64,000 nucleotides of DNA from Octopus vulgaris (GCA_951406725.2 OX597816.1:107260001-107324000); one strand, 5' to 3'. Numbered from the stretch's first letter, positions 12,905 to 26,676 are shown. Program-made: numbers and translations. Notes: generated from the letters alone by a model not told the origin.

Positions 12905-13465
12905 AATGTGGCAAGAATGATCCATTGGGAGCCTACAAAGAGCAAAGATGTAGCATGAGAAAACCCTAGAAGGAGTCAGTGAGAATGAAAATTGCATAAT
13001 CCTGTGGCATGCAATGATTCAGTGCAATCACCTGACCAGACATTGAAAACTCGGCATTGTTGTGGTGAATAAAAAAGAAAGAACATGCATGATAATTGAC
13101 ATAGCATGACCTGGTGACAACAGAATCAAAGAGAAAGAAGAAGAAAAAATGAACACTACGACGAGTTGAAGTGGGAAATACAAAGGTTGTGGTCAGTGAA
13201 GAAAGTAGACATTATACCAATAGTAATTGATACACTTGGAAGTATCAGCACTCAATTACCAATATGGCTGAAAAAGATTGGTAGAAATGTGAAGGTAGAA
13301 CACCTACAAAAATCAGCATTGCTTGGAATTGCAAGAATTCTTCACAGGGTTCTTGAAGCATGACCAGTAAACAAGTGTCACCTTAGTCTGCTGGCTGTGG
13401 ACAGCTGACACTTTCCATCATACCCAGCAAAATAAGCCGAGAGTTTTCATTAAGTAGTAGTAGTA

Positions 13466-13528
<63 letters not shown>
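12905..13528 (+). mobile_element. R4/Dong-clade non-LTR retrotransposon 3' fragment (restriction-like endonuclease) with (TAA)n tail
   Basis: Broken frame NVARMIHWE...ENENCIILW...IVVVNKKERTCMIIDIAxPGDNRIKEKEEEK...ELKWEIQRLW...IPIVIDTLG...LQKSALLGIARILHRVL*, then a short 3'UTR and (AAT)n. Confidence 0.8.
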
Positions 13529-13578
13529 TGTCACTTTGCTGGCATGCACTGTTCTCTTACTCAATAATAATAATAATG

Positions 13579-13617
<39 letters not shown>

Positions 13618-13620
<3 letters not shown>

Positions 13621-14177
13621 GCCCTGATGCAGTACCAGGCAGTGGCTCTCATGGCTTCTGATCTTAACTGATTGGAAGTGTTATCATGTACATTGTTTTG
13701 TCTTGGTATAAAAGATGGGCTACAGCAAATATTCTGCTCAATACCACAGATTTGCTTGTCAGTTGTTTGACCTTAACCAGTTGAGCATGTCCCTTAGTGG
13801 CTGACGATATGTGCATCTCTGATCACGAGCAGAAGTAGTGGGGGAGCATCATAGCAATGTGTTGAGAGGGATTCTTTGGGGTTTGAATAGTTCACCTCTG
13901 GAAACATGGGTGGTTCTTTCAACATCCTTAAACAACCCTTATTCAGGGACCGTTTGAGCGGGATGGGATACTCAACCTGAAGAAAATTCTAACTGGGCCC
14001 CACTTGCAAGGTCATGTGCTGTTTATCTTGATATGAGATCACCATGTCGCGCACATATGGTTGTGATGCATGTGCCTGGTGTACCTTTATCAGACGGGTA
14101 GTCATGATGGGTATATTGGGCTTCGTATATTTTACCCCAGTGTCACTTTGATGGCATGAACTGCTCTCTCACTCAAT
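13618..14177 (+). mobile_element. Non-autonomous repeat of about 560 bp embedded in (AAT)n
   Basis: Ends CTGCTCTCTCACTC(AAT)n. 5'-truncated copies with the same 3' end at about 12670-12885, 13528-13563 and 28596-29051. Confidence 0.8.
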
Positions 14178-14268
14178 AATAATAATAATAATAATAATAA
14201 TGATAATAATAATAATAATGATAATAATAATGATGATCTGATATAGTTATTGTTATTTTATTGAACAG

Positions 14269-14372
14269 GGCTATCAGAAAGAAGTGGGAGAAATTGGATT
14301 AACAATTATTATTTCCGGAGTAGGTGGATCTATTGTGGCTGGATTGTGGCTTGACAAAACCAAAACATTCAA
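14269..14372 (+). CDS. FLVCR2: FLVCR-like transporter, coding exon D
   Basis: gaacag| ... |gtaagt, 104 nt. GYQKEVGEIGLTIIISGVGGSIVAGLWLDKTKTF(K) matches IGLT...GLWLDxTKTYK. Confidence 0.94.
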
Positions 14373-15955
14373 GTAAGTCCCCAATGTTACATTTTCATGA
14401 TATTATGATATTGTTGTTATGTCTCTCTCTCTCTCTTTTTTCATATTCTTCTTCCTCATCTTCTTCTTCCTCATCTTCTTCTTCACTACCGTCCATCACT
14501 ATCCACTGACACCCTTACCACCTTCACTTCTCCACCACCATTACCTCCTGCCACCATCACCTCCCCCTGCCTCCCACATCACTCCCACAGCCTCCTCCAC
14601 CTTTATCTCATTACCTTTGCTGTCTTCACTACTATCACACCCACTACCCTCCCCCACACCAGCTAAACCTTTATCTGTCTTGATCAAAGATAGTCAAATT
14701 GAGACCATATTGTTTCTTTTTGTGTAAGCATGGTGTATCTAAGACTACATTATCCAATGTGTTCTTACTTTTTTGGAAGACAAAATGCAATATGAAAGAG
14801 AGAGAAAGTTAGTTGTTATTTCCAGCAGGTTAGGTGACCATACATAGGCTTCTTAGAATCATTAGAGCCCTGGGAAAATGCTTTGTGGTATTTGTCCTAG
14901 CTCTTACTTCTTGAGTATAAATCCCATCGAGGTTAACTTTTCCTTTCACCCTCTCAGGTTCGAGTGCTGGGGTTGATTTAATTGACTATACTTCCCACTC
15001 CAAAACTGTGGCCTTTTGCCTGTATTAGAGACAATTATTTAACCAAATTGAAGCTGATTTCATTTGAACCCATGGCAGTGAGATGTAGTATTAGTTACAC
15101 AAGAGATTCAAATCTTACACTTTACTATCTCAAATATCTTCATTTCTAGGTTGAATGTATAAGATGATTGGCTTATAATTATCAGTTGATCTTCCACTGC
15201 ATATCTTTTGTTGTATCTCTTGGTAAACTACCTAATACAGTAACAGACCAGTTAGCTAACAAGCTTGGGGCTGGAAGTGGCTTGGATTTCTGGATTTTTC
15301 AGTTTTCTGGAAACAACCTAAATATTAAAAAGATAAGATAAACTAAATTGTATATAATATATTCAAATTAATTGACTTCTAAAGTGATATTTATCAATCC
15401 ACTCAAAATTCTTAAAACATATCATACTGTAGCATGTATACAGAATGTTTACAGGATAAAAATTAAACGAAATAAAGTAGAGAACATGATTATATTTAAC
15501 AGGTACAGATACAAATGGATACACTTCTAAAGTATAGTATGTTCAATCTTTATCAATCCATATATAAAAGTAAAAAAAAACAAAACCATTTTCAACTTGT
15601 ATGCAAATTAACCAACTTCAAAAACAGGGTCTATTTACTAAATATAGGGTAGAGGAATTTCAACCATGTTTTGTGGTCTACTACCACAACAGCTCCTTTA
15701 TAGGATCCCGTTAGCTCAAGACATCAATCATCAGGAGAAACCACGGCCAGTTTTGGCCCCTACTCCTCTACCATTTTGACGTAGCGGGGTCCCCCCTTTC
15801 AGAGGTGTCTTCAGCTCTGGTGTTGAGTGCATGTCTTCTTTCTCATTCTTTCTTCTATTCCCTGGCCTCTTCGATGTGTCATACACGCAACACACAAACT
15901 CATTCAAGTTTTAACTGATTTTAAAAAAGAAATTTGTCTTTTTTTTCTTTTACAG

Positions 15956-16066
15956 AAGTACCACATTGATGATGTATTTGTTATCTCTTGGAGGGATGAT
16001 AGCATTCACGTTTACACTTGATCTCAACAAAATTTGGGTAATTTTCATCAGTGCTGGTGTTTTAGG
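15956..16066 (+). CDS. FLVCR2: FLVCR-like transporter, coding exon E
   Basis: Pyrimidine tract then tacag| ... |gtatgt, 111 nt. (K)STTLMMYLLSLGGMIAFTFTLDLNKIWVIFISAGVL(G). Confidence 0.93.
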
Positions 16067-16109
16067 GTATGTACTTTATCTCTTGTTTGAACCTGTTGCA
16101 TCTCTTTCA

Positions 16110-16363
16110 TCTTTTATCTTTTACTTGTTTCCGTCATTAAACTGAGGCCATACTGGGGCACCACCTTGATAAATTTTTAGTCAAATGGATTCACCCCAGA
16201 ACTTCCTTTCTGGTGCTTACTCTATTGCTCTCTTTTGCTGAACCACTTAGATTATAAGGATGTAAACACACTAACATCAGTTGTCAAGTGGTGGTGGGGG
16301 AGGACAAATACAAACGCAAAGACTCTCTCTCACACACACACACACACAAATACACACACACAA

Positions 16364-16394
<31 letters not shown>

Positions 16395-16569
16395 CACACA
16401 TGACATATATGATAGGCTTCTTTCAGTTTCTGCCTGCCAAATCCACTCAAAAGGCTTTGATCAGCTCAAGGCTATAGTAGAAGACACTTGCTCAAGATGG
16501 CATGTTGTGAGACTGAACCCAGAATGATGCGATTGAGAAACAACTTATTATACTGCCATGTCTGCACCT

Positions 16570-16570
<1 letters not shown>
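16110..16570 (-). mobile_element. CORE-like SINE (family 3) with internal (CA)n
   Basis: Matches 44003-44390: TTTTACTTGTTTC...TTTCAGTTTC...AAATCCACTCA...AGAAGACACTTG. Confidence 0.8.
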
Positions 16571-16615
<45 letters not shown>

Positions 16616-16618
<3 letters not shown>

Positions 16619-16912
16619 CGTGATCACCGTGACCGACCAGGCTATCAGATGTTGCTACACATCACTGGTTACAATGCGTTTTGCATTGTTTTAGCCTTCA
16701 AATGGCTAAACGAGCAGGCTAATAGAAGAAAGAGTGAGAGAAAGTTATGGCGAAAGAGTACAGCAGGGATCGCCACAATCCTCTGCCGGAGCCTTGTGGA
16801 GCTTTAGGTGTTTTCGCTCAATAAACACTCACAACGCCCGGGCTGGGAATCGAAACCGTGATCCTACGACCACGAGTCTGCTGCCCTGATCACTGGGCCA
16901 TTGCGCCTCCAC
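16616..16912 (-). mobile_element. tRNA-derived SINE (family 1), full length, in (TA)n
   Basis: The reverse complement starts GTGGAGGCGCAATGGCCCAGTG with B box GTTTCGATTCC and ends GTCACGGTGATCACGGTGAT. Confidence 0.85.
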
Positions 16913-17070
16913 ATATATATATATATATATACATGTATATATGAGAGGTATTGGTATCCAGAAGACCCTAGGCGGCAGGTAAGGCTATGTAAGTGCTATG
17001 TAGTTAGACTCTCAGTTCGATAATGGTACGAGTGAGGAGTCTAATGCGAGTCTTGTATGAGCATGTATAT

Positions 17071-17196
17071 GTTAAATAAAATGAGACAACAAAGCCAAGG
17101 CTGTGTGGAATTTTCAGGACATTTGTAAAGAGAAATCTCCTTAAATGTCCTGAAAATTCTACACAGCCTTGGCTTTGTTGTCTCATTTTATTTAAC
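17071..17196. repeat. Near-perfect foldback hairpin (arms about 54 bp)
   Basis: GTTAAATAAAATGAGACAACAAAGCCAAGGCTGTGTGGAATTTTCAGGACATTT ... AAATGTCCTGAAAATTCTACACAGCCTTGGCTTTGTTGTCTCATTTTATTTAAC. Confidence 0.9.
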
Positions 17197-17900
17197 ACAT
17201 GCACGCACATGCACATACACACATATGTGTGTATGTGAATATATATAACAAGAAGCTCATGGTAAGCTCTCTGTTTGGTGTACAGCTATCAAGAAGATTA
17301 ATTGACTTTAGGGTGTAAAATTAGCATTGCTTTTCTGAAAAATCTGGGAATCACAATGTCAGAGAGTATATAATAATTAACCAAGTTTTGGAGAAATGAA
17401 AATCAAATACATGTTCCATATGTTGACAGCTATTTCATATTGTGTATCTAAATATATCACTGATGCTAAAACGTCCTCACACATATAAGTATATATGCTG
17501 ATGCTCATATGTAGTAATGTTGTTGCATAATGAATAAAATTTCTCTGCAGAACATTTGATGGGCAGTAAATATTTGGCTGATATAGGAATAAATATTTTA
17601 TCTCTCATGTCTCTCAAATTTGATTAATTACACCTATCATTTATGTTTTACTTGTTTCAGTCATTAGACTGTGGCCATGCTGGGGCATTGCCTTGAAGTA
17701 TTTTAGTTGAATGAATCAACTCCCCACCCACTTTTATATTTTTTCCTAAGCCTGGTACTTATTCTATCACTCTCTTCTACCAAACCGCTAAGTTACTGGG
17801 ATGTAAACACACCAATACTGGTTGTCAAGCAGCAATGGAGAACAGACACAAAGACACACACACACACACACACACATTCTATATATATATAGAATATATA

Positions 17901-18447
17901 GAAGGTGATGAAACATGATCTTCAAACTTTGGGCCTAACTGAGGCGATGACTAGTGACTGAGACCTTTGGCAATATGCTGTACTGGAGAAGACCTATTTA
18001 GCCAAGTGAAATCGTAGTTGTGGATGATGCTGGTGTCACGTAATTGGCACCCATGCTGGTGGCATGTAAAAAGCACCTTTTGAGTGTTGTGCCTCATGGA
18101 GGTACAGTGGTTAACGCTGTTGGCACATGAAAAGCTCCTTTCGAATGTTGGGTCTCACAGAGTCAATGACTGAGACCTTTGGCATTATGTTGTGCTTGAG
18201 AAGGAGACCCATCAAGCTGAGTAAAATCTCAGTGGAAGATACTGGTGTCACCCAAATGGCACTTGCACTGGTAGCATGTAAAAGCACCCTTCACACTCTC
18301 AGAGTGGTTGGTATTAGGAAAGGCATACAGCTGTAGAAACCATGCCAAATCAGACTGGAGTCTGGTGCAGCCTTCTAGCTTGCCAGCCCTGTTTGAACTG
18401 TTCAACCTATGTCAGCATGGACAATGGACGTTAAATAATGATGATGA
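17901..18447 (+). mobile_element. RTE LINE 3' end (ORF C-terminus plus tail) nested inside a family-3 SINE
   Basis: VMKHDLQTLGLTEAMTSDxDLWQYAVLEKT, then the tail and (GAT)n. The host SINE halves lie at about 17640-17880 and 18470-18632. Confidence 0.75.
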
Positions 18448-20165
18448 TATATATATATATATATATATATTAGACTTCTTCCAGTTTCTGTTTACCAAAT
18501 CCACTCACAAAGCTTTGGCCAGCCTGGGACTCTAGCAGAAGACACTTACCCAAGCTGCAATGCAATGGAACTGAACCCAGAACCATGTGGTTGGGAAGCA
18601 AACTGCTTACCACACAGCCATACCTGCACCTATATATATAAATAGATCACCACTATGTTGTTGTAGCTACTTAAGTGTACAAATTTACGTACCCAAGGGG
18701 TGTAACATCACTTTGGTATAGTAATTAACACAGTAATTACAGCAGATATGGCTTTCAAATCCCAAAAGTGATGTCACAAAGTTTTTAAATCTATTTCTTC
18801 TATATTACATCTTTATATATATACATACATGCATATGCTAACATAAAAAACAGACGACGCTAGGTTTGTCTGAGAAACTTACAATTCTCTAAGTTGCATG
18901 GTGCTGAATCAAATTGTTATTAATCTTTTGTTAAGAAATGTCATATTTGAAGCTATTTTCTGTTGAGATATGTCAAATTTATCAAAGCAACATGACTTGA
19001 AGAAAATACTAATTCTATTTGTGGTAGATATTTAACATAATTACTGAAATAACAAATTTGATTTTACAGTGAAAGGGTTAAATGACATATATTCCATAAT
19101 GTAATGCTTAGAATAAAACACCTAAAGTAAGAAGTTCATAAATCTCCCTAAAATACTAGGTGTTTTTTGTAAGCAAAACTGGATCAAAAGAAAAGCAATA
19201 ATAATTTAGATGGTTGTATGGAAGTGCTGATCTTGAATTGTGGAGGGAACCTGATGAAGAGGTAGATCCAGTAAGATGTTGGACAAGGTGGGGAAATGTG
19301 ATCTTTGAATGTTGAGTCTCATGGAAGCAATGACAAGTGACAGAGACACTGGTGATTTTCTGTGCTTGAGAAAACACGTCAAGCTAAGTAAAATCGTAGT
19401 TATGGCCAGTGATGGTGACATGTGAAAAGTACCAGTGCTGGTGACACATAAAGGATACATTTGCCAGTGACATGTAAAAGAGACCCAGTACCCTCTGTTG
19501 AGTGACTGACATTAAGAAGGGCATCCACTTGTAGAAACCAAGCCAAAACAGACTGGGGCCTAGTGCAACTCTCCGGCTTACCAGTTCCAGTGAAACCATC
19601 CAACTCATGCCAGCATGTAAAATGGATGTTATATGATGATGATGATGGTGGTGGTGGTGGTGGTGGAGTAGAAACCAAACCAAAATGTATATAGAGTAGT
19701 ATTCCAATGTACTTGATGGTTTGTTTTGCTATTTAAATTTAGTTTGAATCTTGCTAACAGTTGGTTTCCATTTAATCATCTTGTTAATTGTGGTGCTGGT
19801 GGTTGTGTTGGCTGTAGGGCTATGGAATAAGAATCAGCTATACATTGCAATTCATTGCCAGAGTTAATGTCATATAATTACAAACTGCATTTGAATATCA
19901 CTGCTGGTGTTAATTGTATAGTATTTATCCCAAAACAAACAGAATTTGAAATAATTTTGAGCTAACATTCTCTACTATATAAACACACACACACATGCAT
20001 ACTCGTAACTCATACTCATAATTATGTACATACAAAAGAAACACATAGTGTACATTAGAAATTGTATGCAAGAAAGAAATGCTAGGTATGAGAAGCACCA
20101 CAGTACACACATGCTCATATGCTGTTACTTGCATACCCATATATATGTATGTGTGTGTGTGCATA

Positions 20166-20214
<49 letters not shown>

Positions 20215-20217
<3 letters not shown>

Positions 20218-20816
20218 ATGGAGGCAACACAATCAAAGAGTCCTTGAGCAACTGAAACCTGAGTGTCTTGTTGGTCAGCTGAAAGCAGTTTTGGCACAAA
20301 CTTGGCAGACACATGTCTCGTACCCAAATCTTCAGTGATAATGGACTGAACTGAACCATAACTAATCTGCACATCCTCTGATAACTCATGGATGGTGATT
20401 CAACAATTTCCTCTCACAGCTGCACACATATCTGCAATGTTTCTCTCAGTTCAGCTGGTTGTGGGTCTCCCAGAATGATCGTCAATATTGACATTTTTTC
20501 AGCCATCTTGGAAACATCTCAACCATTCATACACTTGTGTGTGGTTTATACACTCCTCTCCATACACTTTCTGAAACTTTGCACAGGCTTCTGAGCAGGT
20601 ATCGCCTTGACAACTTTCTCTATCATAGTCAATGAGATGATCACACACTACACACCTTCCTTTGAAGCATTGCTGTAAACAGTGGAAGTGAGGTAGAACA
20701 TTAAAACTTAGTGTGCATGCACAGCAAGGTTAATCTGTGCCAAGTAACTTTACTCTGCATGCTTTAGCTTCATTGCTATAGCAACAGTCTGGATACTTAT
20801 TGATCAGACTTTGTAT
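20215..20816 (-). mobile_element. Mariner relic, N-terminal part with terminal repeat
   Basis: ISYGSVQSIITEDLGTRHVSAKFVPKLLSADQQ matches the mariner WVP linker region. The minus strand starts TACAAAGTCTGATCAATAAGTATCCAGAC. Confidence 0.8.
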
Positions 20817-21015
20817 ATACATATATATTTGAATAGAAAATTCACAAAAAAGTCACTTCTATTGATTTTTAATGGCTTTGCGTGGTGACTGGGGAAATGT
20901 AAAGATGTGCGTGACCACCCTTGGACGGTTTTGAATGACCATAGAAAGTGCGAGCCCTCTAACTGAAAAATTGTGGATTTGTATAAAGGACACACACACA
21001 CACACACATTTTGCC

Positions 21016-21068
<53 letters not shown>

Positions 21069-23817
21069 CATACATATATGTATGTATGTATTTATGTATG
21101 TATGCATCTATATCTATATGTTTATACATACACAGACAGTACCCATCCACCCAAATAACTGTGAAACATTGAGAGTCAAGACACAGGAAAGGCTGCTCTA
21201 TTATGAATGCATCTATTTTGTGTTAGAATTGCAATATGATATCATTGTATATACGCATGGTTTAAGGTTGGTAAAGTACTAGTTTTAGATCTATGCTAAT
21301 GTCCATATGAGCTGGGGATAAACTAGAAGCTCTTTTTTTTTTATTATTCATCATTAATCTTATACATCTGTTATTCTGAAAAATGTTTTATTTGCTAACA
21401 CAGAGGGTATATTTCTGAAATGCTTCTTAATTATTGCCCCCTGTTTCTTTTTATAACAATTTCTTATTGTCCCTTTGTTAAGATATAGAAAAATCAAATA
21501 CACCATACACATTCTCCTACACATTCCTTCACACATCCCCCTACTCATCCCACCCCATACATATTTGTACTGTCCTGGATATGACTTTAAACTGCATTTA
21601 GTTGTGGGGTCCTGGTTCAAGAGTTCCAAAGTTTTGAGGAGTGTGGAACCACTTCTTAGCCCTTATTGTTCCCCAAAACTACACTGACTGACTCTGAGTA
21701 GTAACACTTGTCAGGATTCCAGTAATGGCTTAATTAGGACACTATGGAAGAAACTCCAAACACAAAACCTCACTGCTGTGTGAGGGCCTTGGGTAAGAAA
21801 TAGGTTAGAGGAGTCAGCTTCAATGGCAAATCAAGGAGCAGTGTCCTTCAAGCAGTCTGCTACCGTTCAAGAATTTGGACCTGGGGATCTCCATTTCCAG
21901 TGACTTCAAGGGTCACCTCCCAGTGGTGTCGGGCATCAGCAAAGAGCTCTCGACTACAACAAGACGACCAAAGTTTTTTTTTTCCCCATGGTCTGGGGTC
22001 TCCCACCCCTAAGCCCTAGACCATCACCTAATCACCCTTACCCGTCTTGTTGCTTAACAACAACAGCAGTCTGCTGTTCTCTTTGACACCCTTCTAGTAA
22101 CTCCCAGGTAGGTGGAATTCTCCAACCCTGTGAGACAATTCACCTGGGAGAAGGCCACTCCAATATAAAACCTACAGTTTACTAGTCACTGCAGCCATCT
22201 TAACCTGCTAAGCTGGTGTAGTCAGACCTCCTAGTTTAAAGACTATGATTGGATTGGTGCAGTCTTCTCACTTGTCAGTTCCTGTCAAACCATCCAATGC
22301 ATGCCAACATGGATGATGATGATGATGACGATGATGATGATGACGATGATGATGATGACGATGATGATGATGACATACATAGGTCATCTCTTAAAAATTT
22401 GGCCTGATATGTAAAGAAGGAAACAAAATTCAAACTCCAGACTTATTTGCTCAAACACAGAAATATATGAAGCATAATTCCATCTTTTATATGATATTAA
22501 CTCTATCAGCCAGCAAATGATAAAAGATATTTTTTTTTATAGAATAAAAGTTTTTTTTTGTTAATAAATAACACGCACAACAATAAAGGTGCAGTTTACT
22601 TTGGAACTATTATTTTTCTGCTAAGTATATATTGTTGCAAATTGTTCTGGCTACATCTGTTACAAGTATATTACCATTTTTAACTTCACAATTTCTATAA
22701 ACATTCACAATGGTTACTATACTCCACAGCTGCTGGTAGCTTTCACATGGTTACTACATATTAACTCTTTTAACAATATATTTGGCTTTGGATTTAATCT
22801 TTCTTAAATCTGTAACTGTTGACAGCAGATACAATTCCCGATATATTTGTTATTGTAATTGTTAAGATCTATTTTTCTATTCTTGTCTATCTTTGATGAT
22901 TTCGTTGTTCGAACATTTGTTGTTGTTGTTGTTGTTGTAGTTGTTGTTGCTGTGGTTTAGTCCTCCAGACAGTCTTGATTAATACCATTTCAGCTGTTAC
23001 CATCTCATCTCTTTATTGTATTCCATGGGCCTGCCTTTTATTTAGATAGTCAGGTATAATTTGAAAGAGAGAGAAGGAGAGAGATTTGGCTGTTATTTCT
23101 TGCAGGCTGAGTAACTGCATAGAGGCTTCCTCATAAGATTTAATGGTCATCACTACTCTATATGTCCATTCTCTCAGGGCAATGAGATTGAAAAGAGGAA
23201 TAGAAGAGAGGATGATGATAGAAGATCTAGGATGGATGGAAAAAGAGAGCAAGAGTATGATGGTAGAAACAGAGTGATTAAAACAGGAGAGTGGTAGAGG
23301 TGGGTAGTGAGGGATACCTAAGGGAGATAATTGGGTATACAAAAAGGGTAATGGTAGTGTATAGGGTACTAGCAGATCTTGTGAATATTGAATATCTATT
23401 TTGAGATGCACACGTGGCTGTGTGGTTAAGAAATTTACTTCCCAGTTACATAGATTTGGGTTCAGTCCCACTGCATGGCACCCTGGGCAAGTGTCTTTTA
23501 CTATAGCTTCAGGCTGATCAAAGCTACATCGGTGGATATGGTAGATGGAAACTGAAAGAAGTCTGTTGTGTATATGTATGTATATGTGTGTATACATTTG
23601 TGTAAGTGTAAGTATGCTTGTGTTTCTTTGTCTTGGAGTATCACTATCATACAAGTGGTCTTTCATTTCCAAACATGTGTGGCTACAGGGAAAATATAAT
23701 CTTACTTAGTAACAATTGAAGGTTGTTAACATGAAGGGCTTCTGACTGTTGAAAATCTGCCTCAATAAACTTTGTCTGACCCATACAAGCATGGAAAAGT
23801 GAATGTTAGAACAATGG

Positions 23818-23849
<32 letters not shown>

Positions 23850-24519
23850 GTGATGGTAATGATGATGATTCAATCAATTTGATTTCTGAATGTCATGAAG
23901 TGTCTTATTTTTGGATATTCATTTATAGTCTTTATCATTGAATGTTGCTATGATGGGGCATAATCTTCAAGGAATTTTGGTCAATTCTATTGGCCCCAGT
24001 ACTTATCTGTTTCCCATTTCATCATCATCATCATCATCATTGTTATCATCATTTAATGTCTATTTTCCAAGCTGGTATGAGTTGGATGCTTTGACAAGAA
24101 CTAGCAAGTCAGAGGACTGCACTTTGCTCTACTGTCTGCTCAGGTGTGATGCTCATCTTTTGGTAGGATGTCCTTCATAATGCTAAGAATGAAGTATTAC
24201 ATGTAATATATGATGTGCTAACTTTAGTAAGGAAAACATCATATGGTAGCATTAGTATAGCAGGGATATAAGAATGGATGCCAGGCAGCAGCTAGTATAC
24301 ATGATGAACATAATCCTTTCTATTTTAGGCACAAGACCTGAAATTTGGGGTAGGGGGCTAGTCGATTTCATCGAAACCCAGTGCGCAACTAGTACTTATT
24401 TAATCAACCCCGAAAGGATGAAAGGCAAAGTCGACCCTGGCGGAATTTGAACTCAGAATGTACCGGCAGACGAAATACCATTAAGCATTTCGCCCGGCCT
24501 GCTAACGATTCTGCCAGGA

Positions 24520-25440
24520 TCTTGTCAAGTTCCACACTCATCATTAGTTATCCTTTTACCTTGCTGCGTCAATATTACAAGTCTGCCATTATTTACTCTA
24601 CCCTTCAAAATTCTGAAGTCCTTATTTTTCACCTGTCTATATACATAAGAAGTGAATCTTCAATGAAAACTATTGCTGTATCTATATGATTATGGAACAC
24701 CCTTAGAACATTCTCTAAGCTAACAAGAAAATTACAAATTTTTGTATCAGTTGTATCACTGATCAGTAAACAGTTTTGTTTGCTGGAATTATAAACAAAA
24801 CCAGTGGGTGTATTTAAGCTCAAAGGTCAGGGTACATCTGGCTAACAAAACACAGCATGTTGGAATGTGGGTTTCCCAGAACCCTTTGTGTCAATGAGTT
24901 AAGTGTGTTGTCAACACACCATTATCGTAAAAAGGAGAAATTGTTCTCCAGTGATGAAGCATGACAGTAACTAACATATTTGTATTTGAATCTGCCAGAA
25001 TGTATTAAGAATAGATGTGCAAATCATCATTTCAAATCATGCTGTATACAACGCAAATAACAATTTTTTTACAAATCTTGTCTTATCAGAAAATGTCTTT
25101 TTCAGATGATCTGGAATGTTCTATTGCTTACTAATGAATTACCATTGTCCGCTTTACACAAATGTGCTGCTCTATGGGGATGTAGGATGTGTGAGGTGGT
25201 GTGGCTATGTACTTCTTCACAGATCTCTGTATCTCTGTATTAGTAATAAGATCCTTCACCTAATGAGATTTCATTTATTCATAAATGATGGGTTTACTGA
25301 TAATGTTTGAAAAGTTATCTGGTTTCATCAAGAAGCTGGAATTAATCTCTCTTATATCATTAGTACATAATGTAATTTCTTTCTTTGAGTGTTCTGCTGC
25401 TACTGTTACAGCTATTGGTCTTCAAAATATATCTTCTGCC
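24520..25440 (-). mobile_element. Possible decayed piggyBac-like transposase relic
   Basis: Broken minus frame contains YIPIEQHICVKRTMV, resembling piggyBac Y.P.xxLxVDExM. Many stops; weak. Confidence 0.3.
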
Positions 25441-26555
25441 ATTTCAATTTCCAACCCACCTGGTTTCAGGCTAAGAAACTACTCATTTTAAAATGTTCAT
25501 AATTAACCCTTTAGCATTCAGATTACTCACTCAAATGTAATGCTTATTCATTCACGTTGTTTTGAATTAGTCATGCATTATCTTGTAGCTTTGAGATTTT
25601 GATGATCTGATTGGATGTTTTTAGAATGATGTTGTAGGGTAGGTGTGTGGGACCAGATCTGGTCAGTTTGAACATAAAACAAGAAGATTATTTGGGCCAA
25701 ATATGGTTGATTTGAATGCTAAGGGGTTGAATCAAAATCTTCCATCATAATTTTATGATTCTGTTTTTAAAGTTATGTTTCAAACACCAATCTAATTATT
25801 AATTTCGAATTTTAGCACAAGGCAGGTAATTTTCAGGGTAGTGGATAAGTTAACTACATTGATTCCAATGCTCAACTGGTACTTAATTTATCGACCCTGA
25901 AAGGGTGAAAGGCAAAGTCAACCTTGGAAGAATTTGAACTCTGAATGTAATGACAGACAAAATGCTGCTTAGCATTTTGCCTTGTGTGCTAACAATTCAG
26001 CCAGCTCACCAGTCTAATTATTAAAAACTTTTTTTTTTTACTAGTTCTCTGCAGATTCTTTATTATTTTCCAAATTAACTAAAATACATAACCAGTATAT
26101 TTCATTAGAATTACAATTATAAAAGGGTTAAGTAACCAGCTGCACCTGTCTTCCTGTCTTTTGTTTTGACAATGGTTGCCTGTGATAATTCTTCCCTCTC
26201 CATGTGTATCCTTATTAGTAAGTCTAATTTTACTCCCTAATTTTACTCAGAACAAACTTCTTCACTAGTTGGCATATATCTACATACATACACAACAACA
26301 ACCATGCATTCTTAACACTTGCTGTCTTTTCACTTTCTGATTCTTTGATCATTGTGATTTTATCTTGAATAGCTGATTCTCATATTCATTGACATCATCA
26401 TCATGATCATCATTATCAGCATCTTCACTATTGTTGTTATGGTTGTTAATTTTGTTATCATTATCATCATCATCATCATCATTATCATTATTCAATGGCT
26501 GTTACTTCTAGTTGTGCATTTATCTAAATAAAAAGCTTGTTCGTCCATTTAGAGT

Positions 26556-26609
26556 GATTGAAGAAAAAGAAGAACAAGAACAATAATAATAATAATAATA
26601 ATAATAATG

Positions 26610-26676
<67 letters not shown>

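Noticed and set aside
23013-23672. Longest ORF in the track (219 aa, - strand)
   Set aside because: Reads through a family-3 SINE and purine-rich low-complexity DNA; no protein family resemblance.
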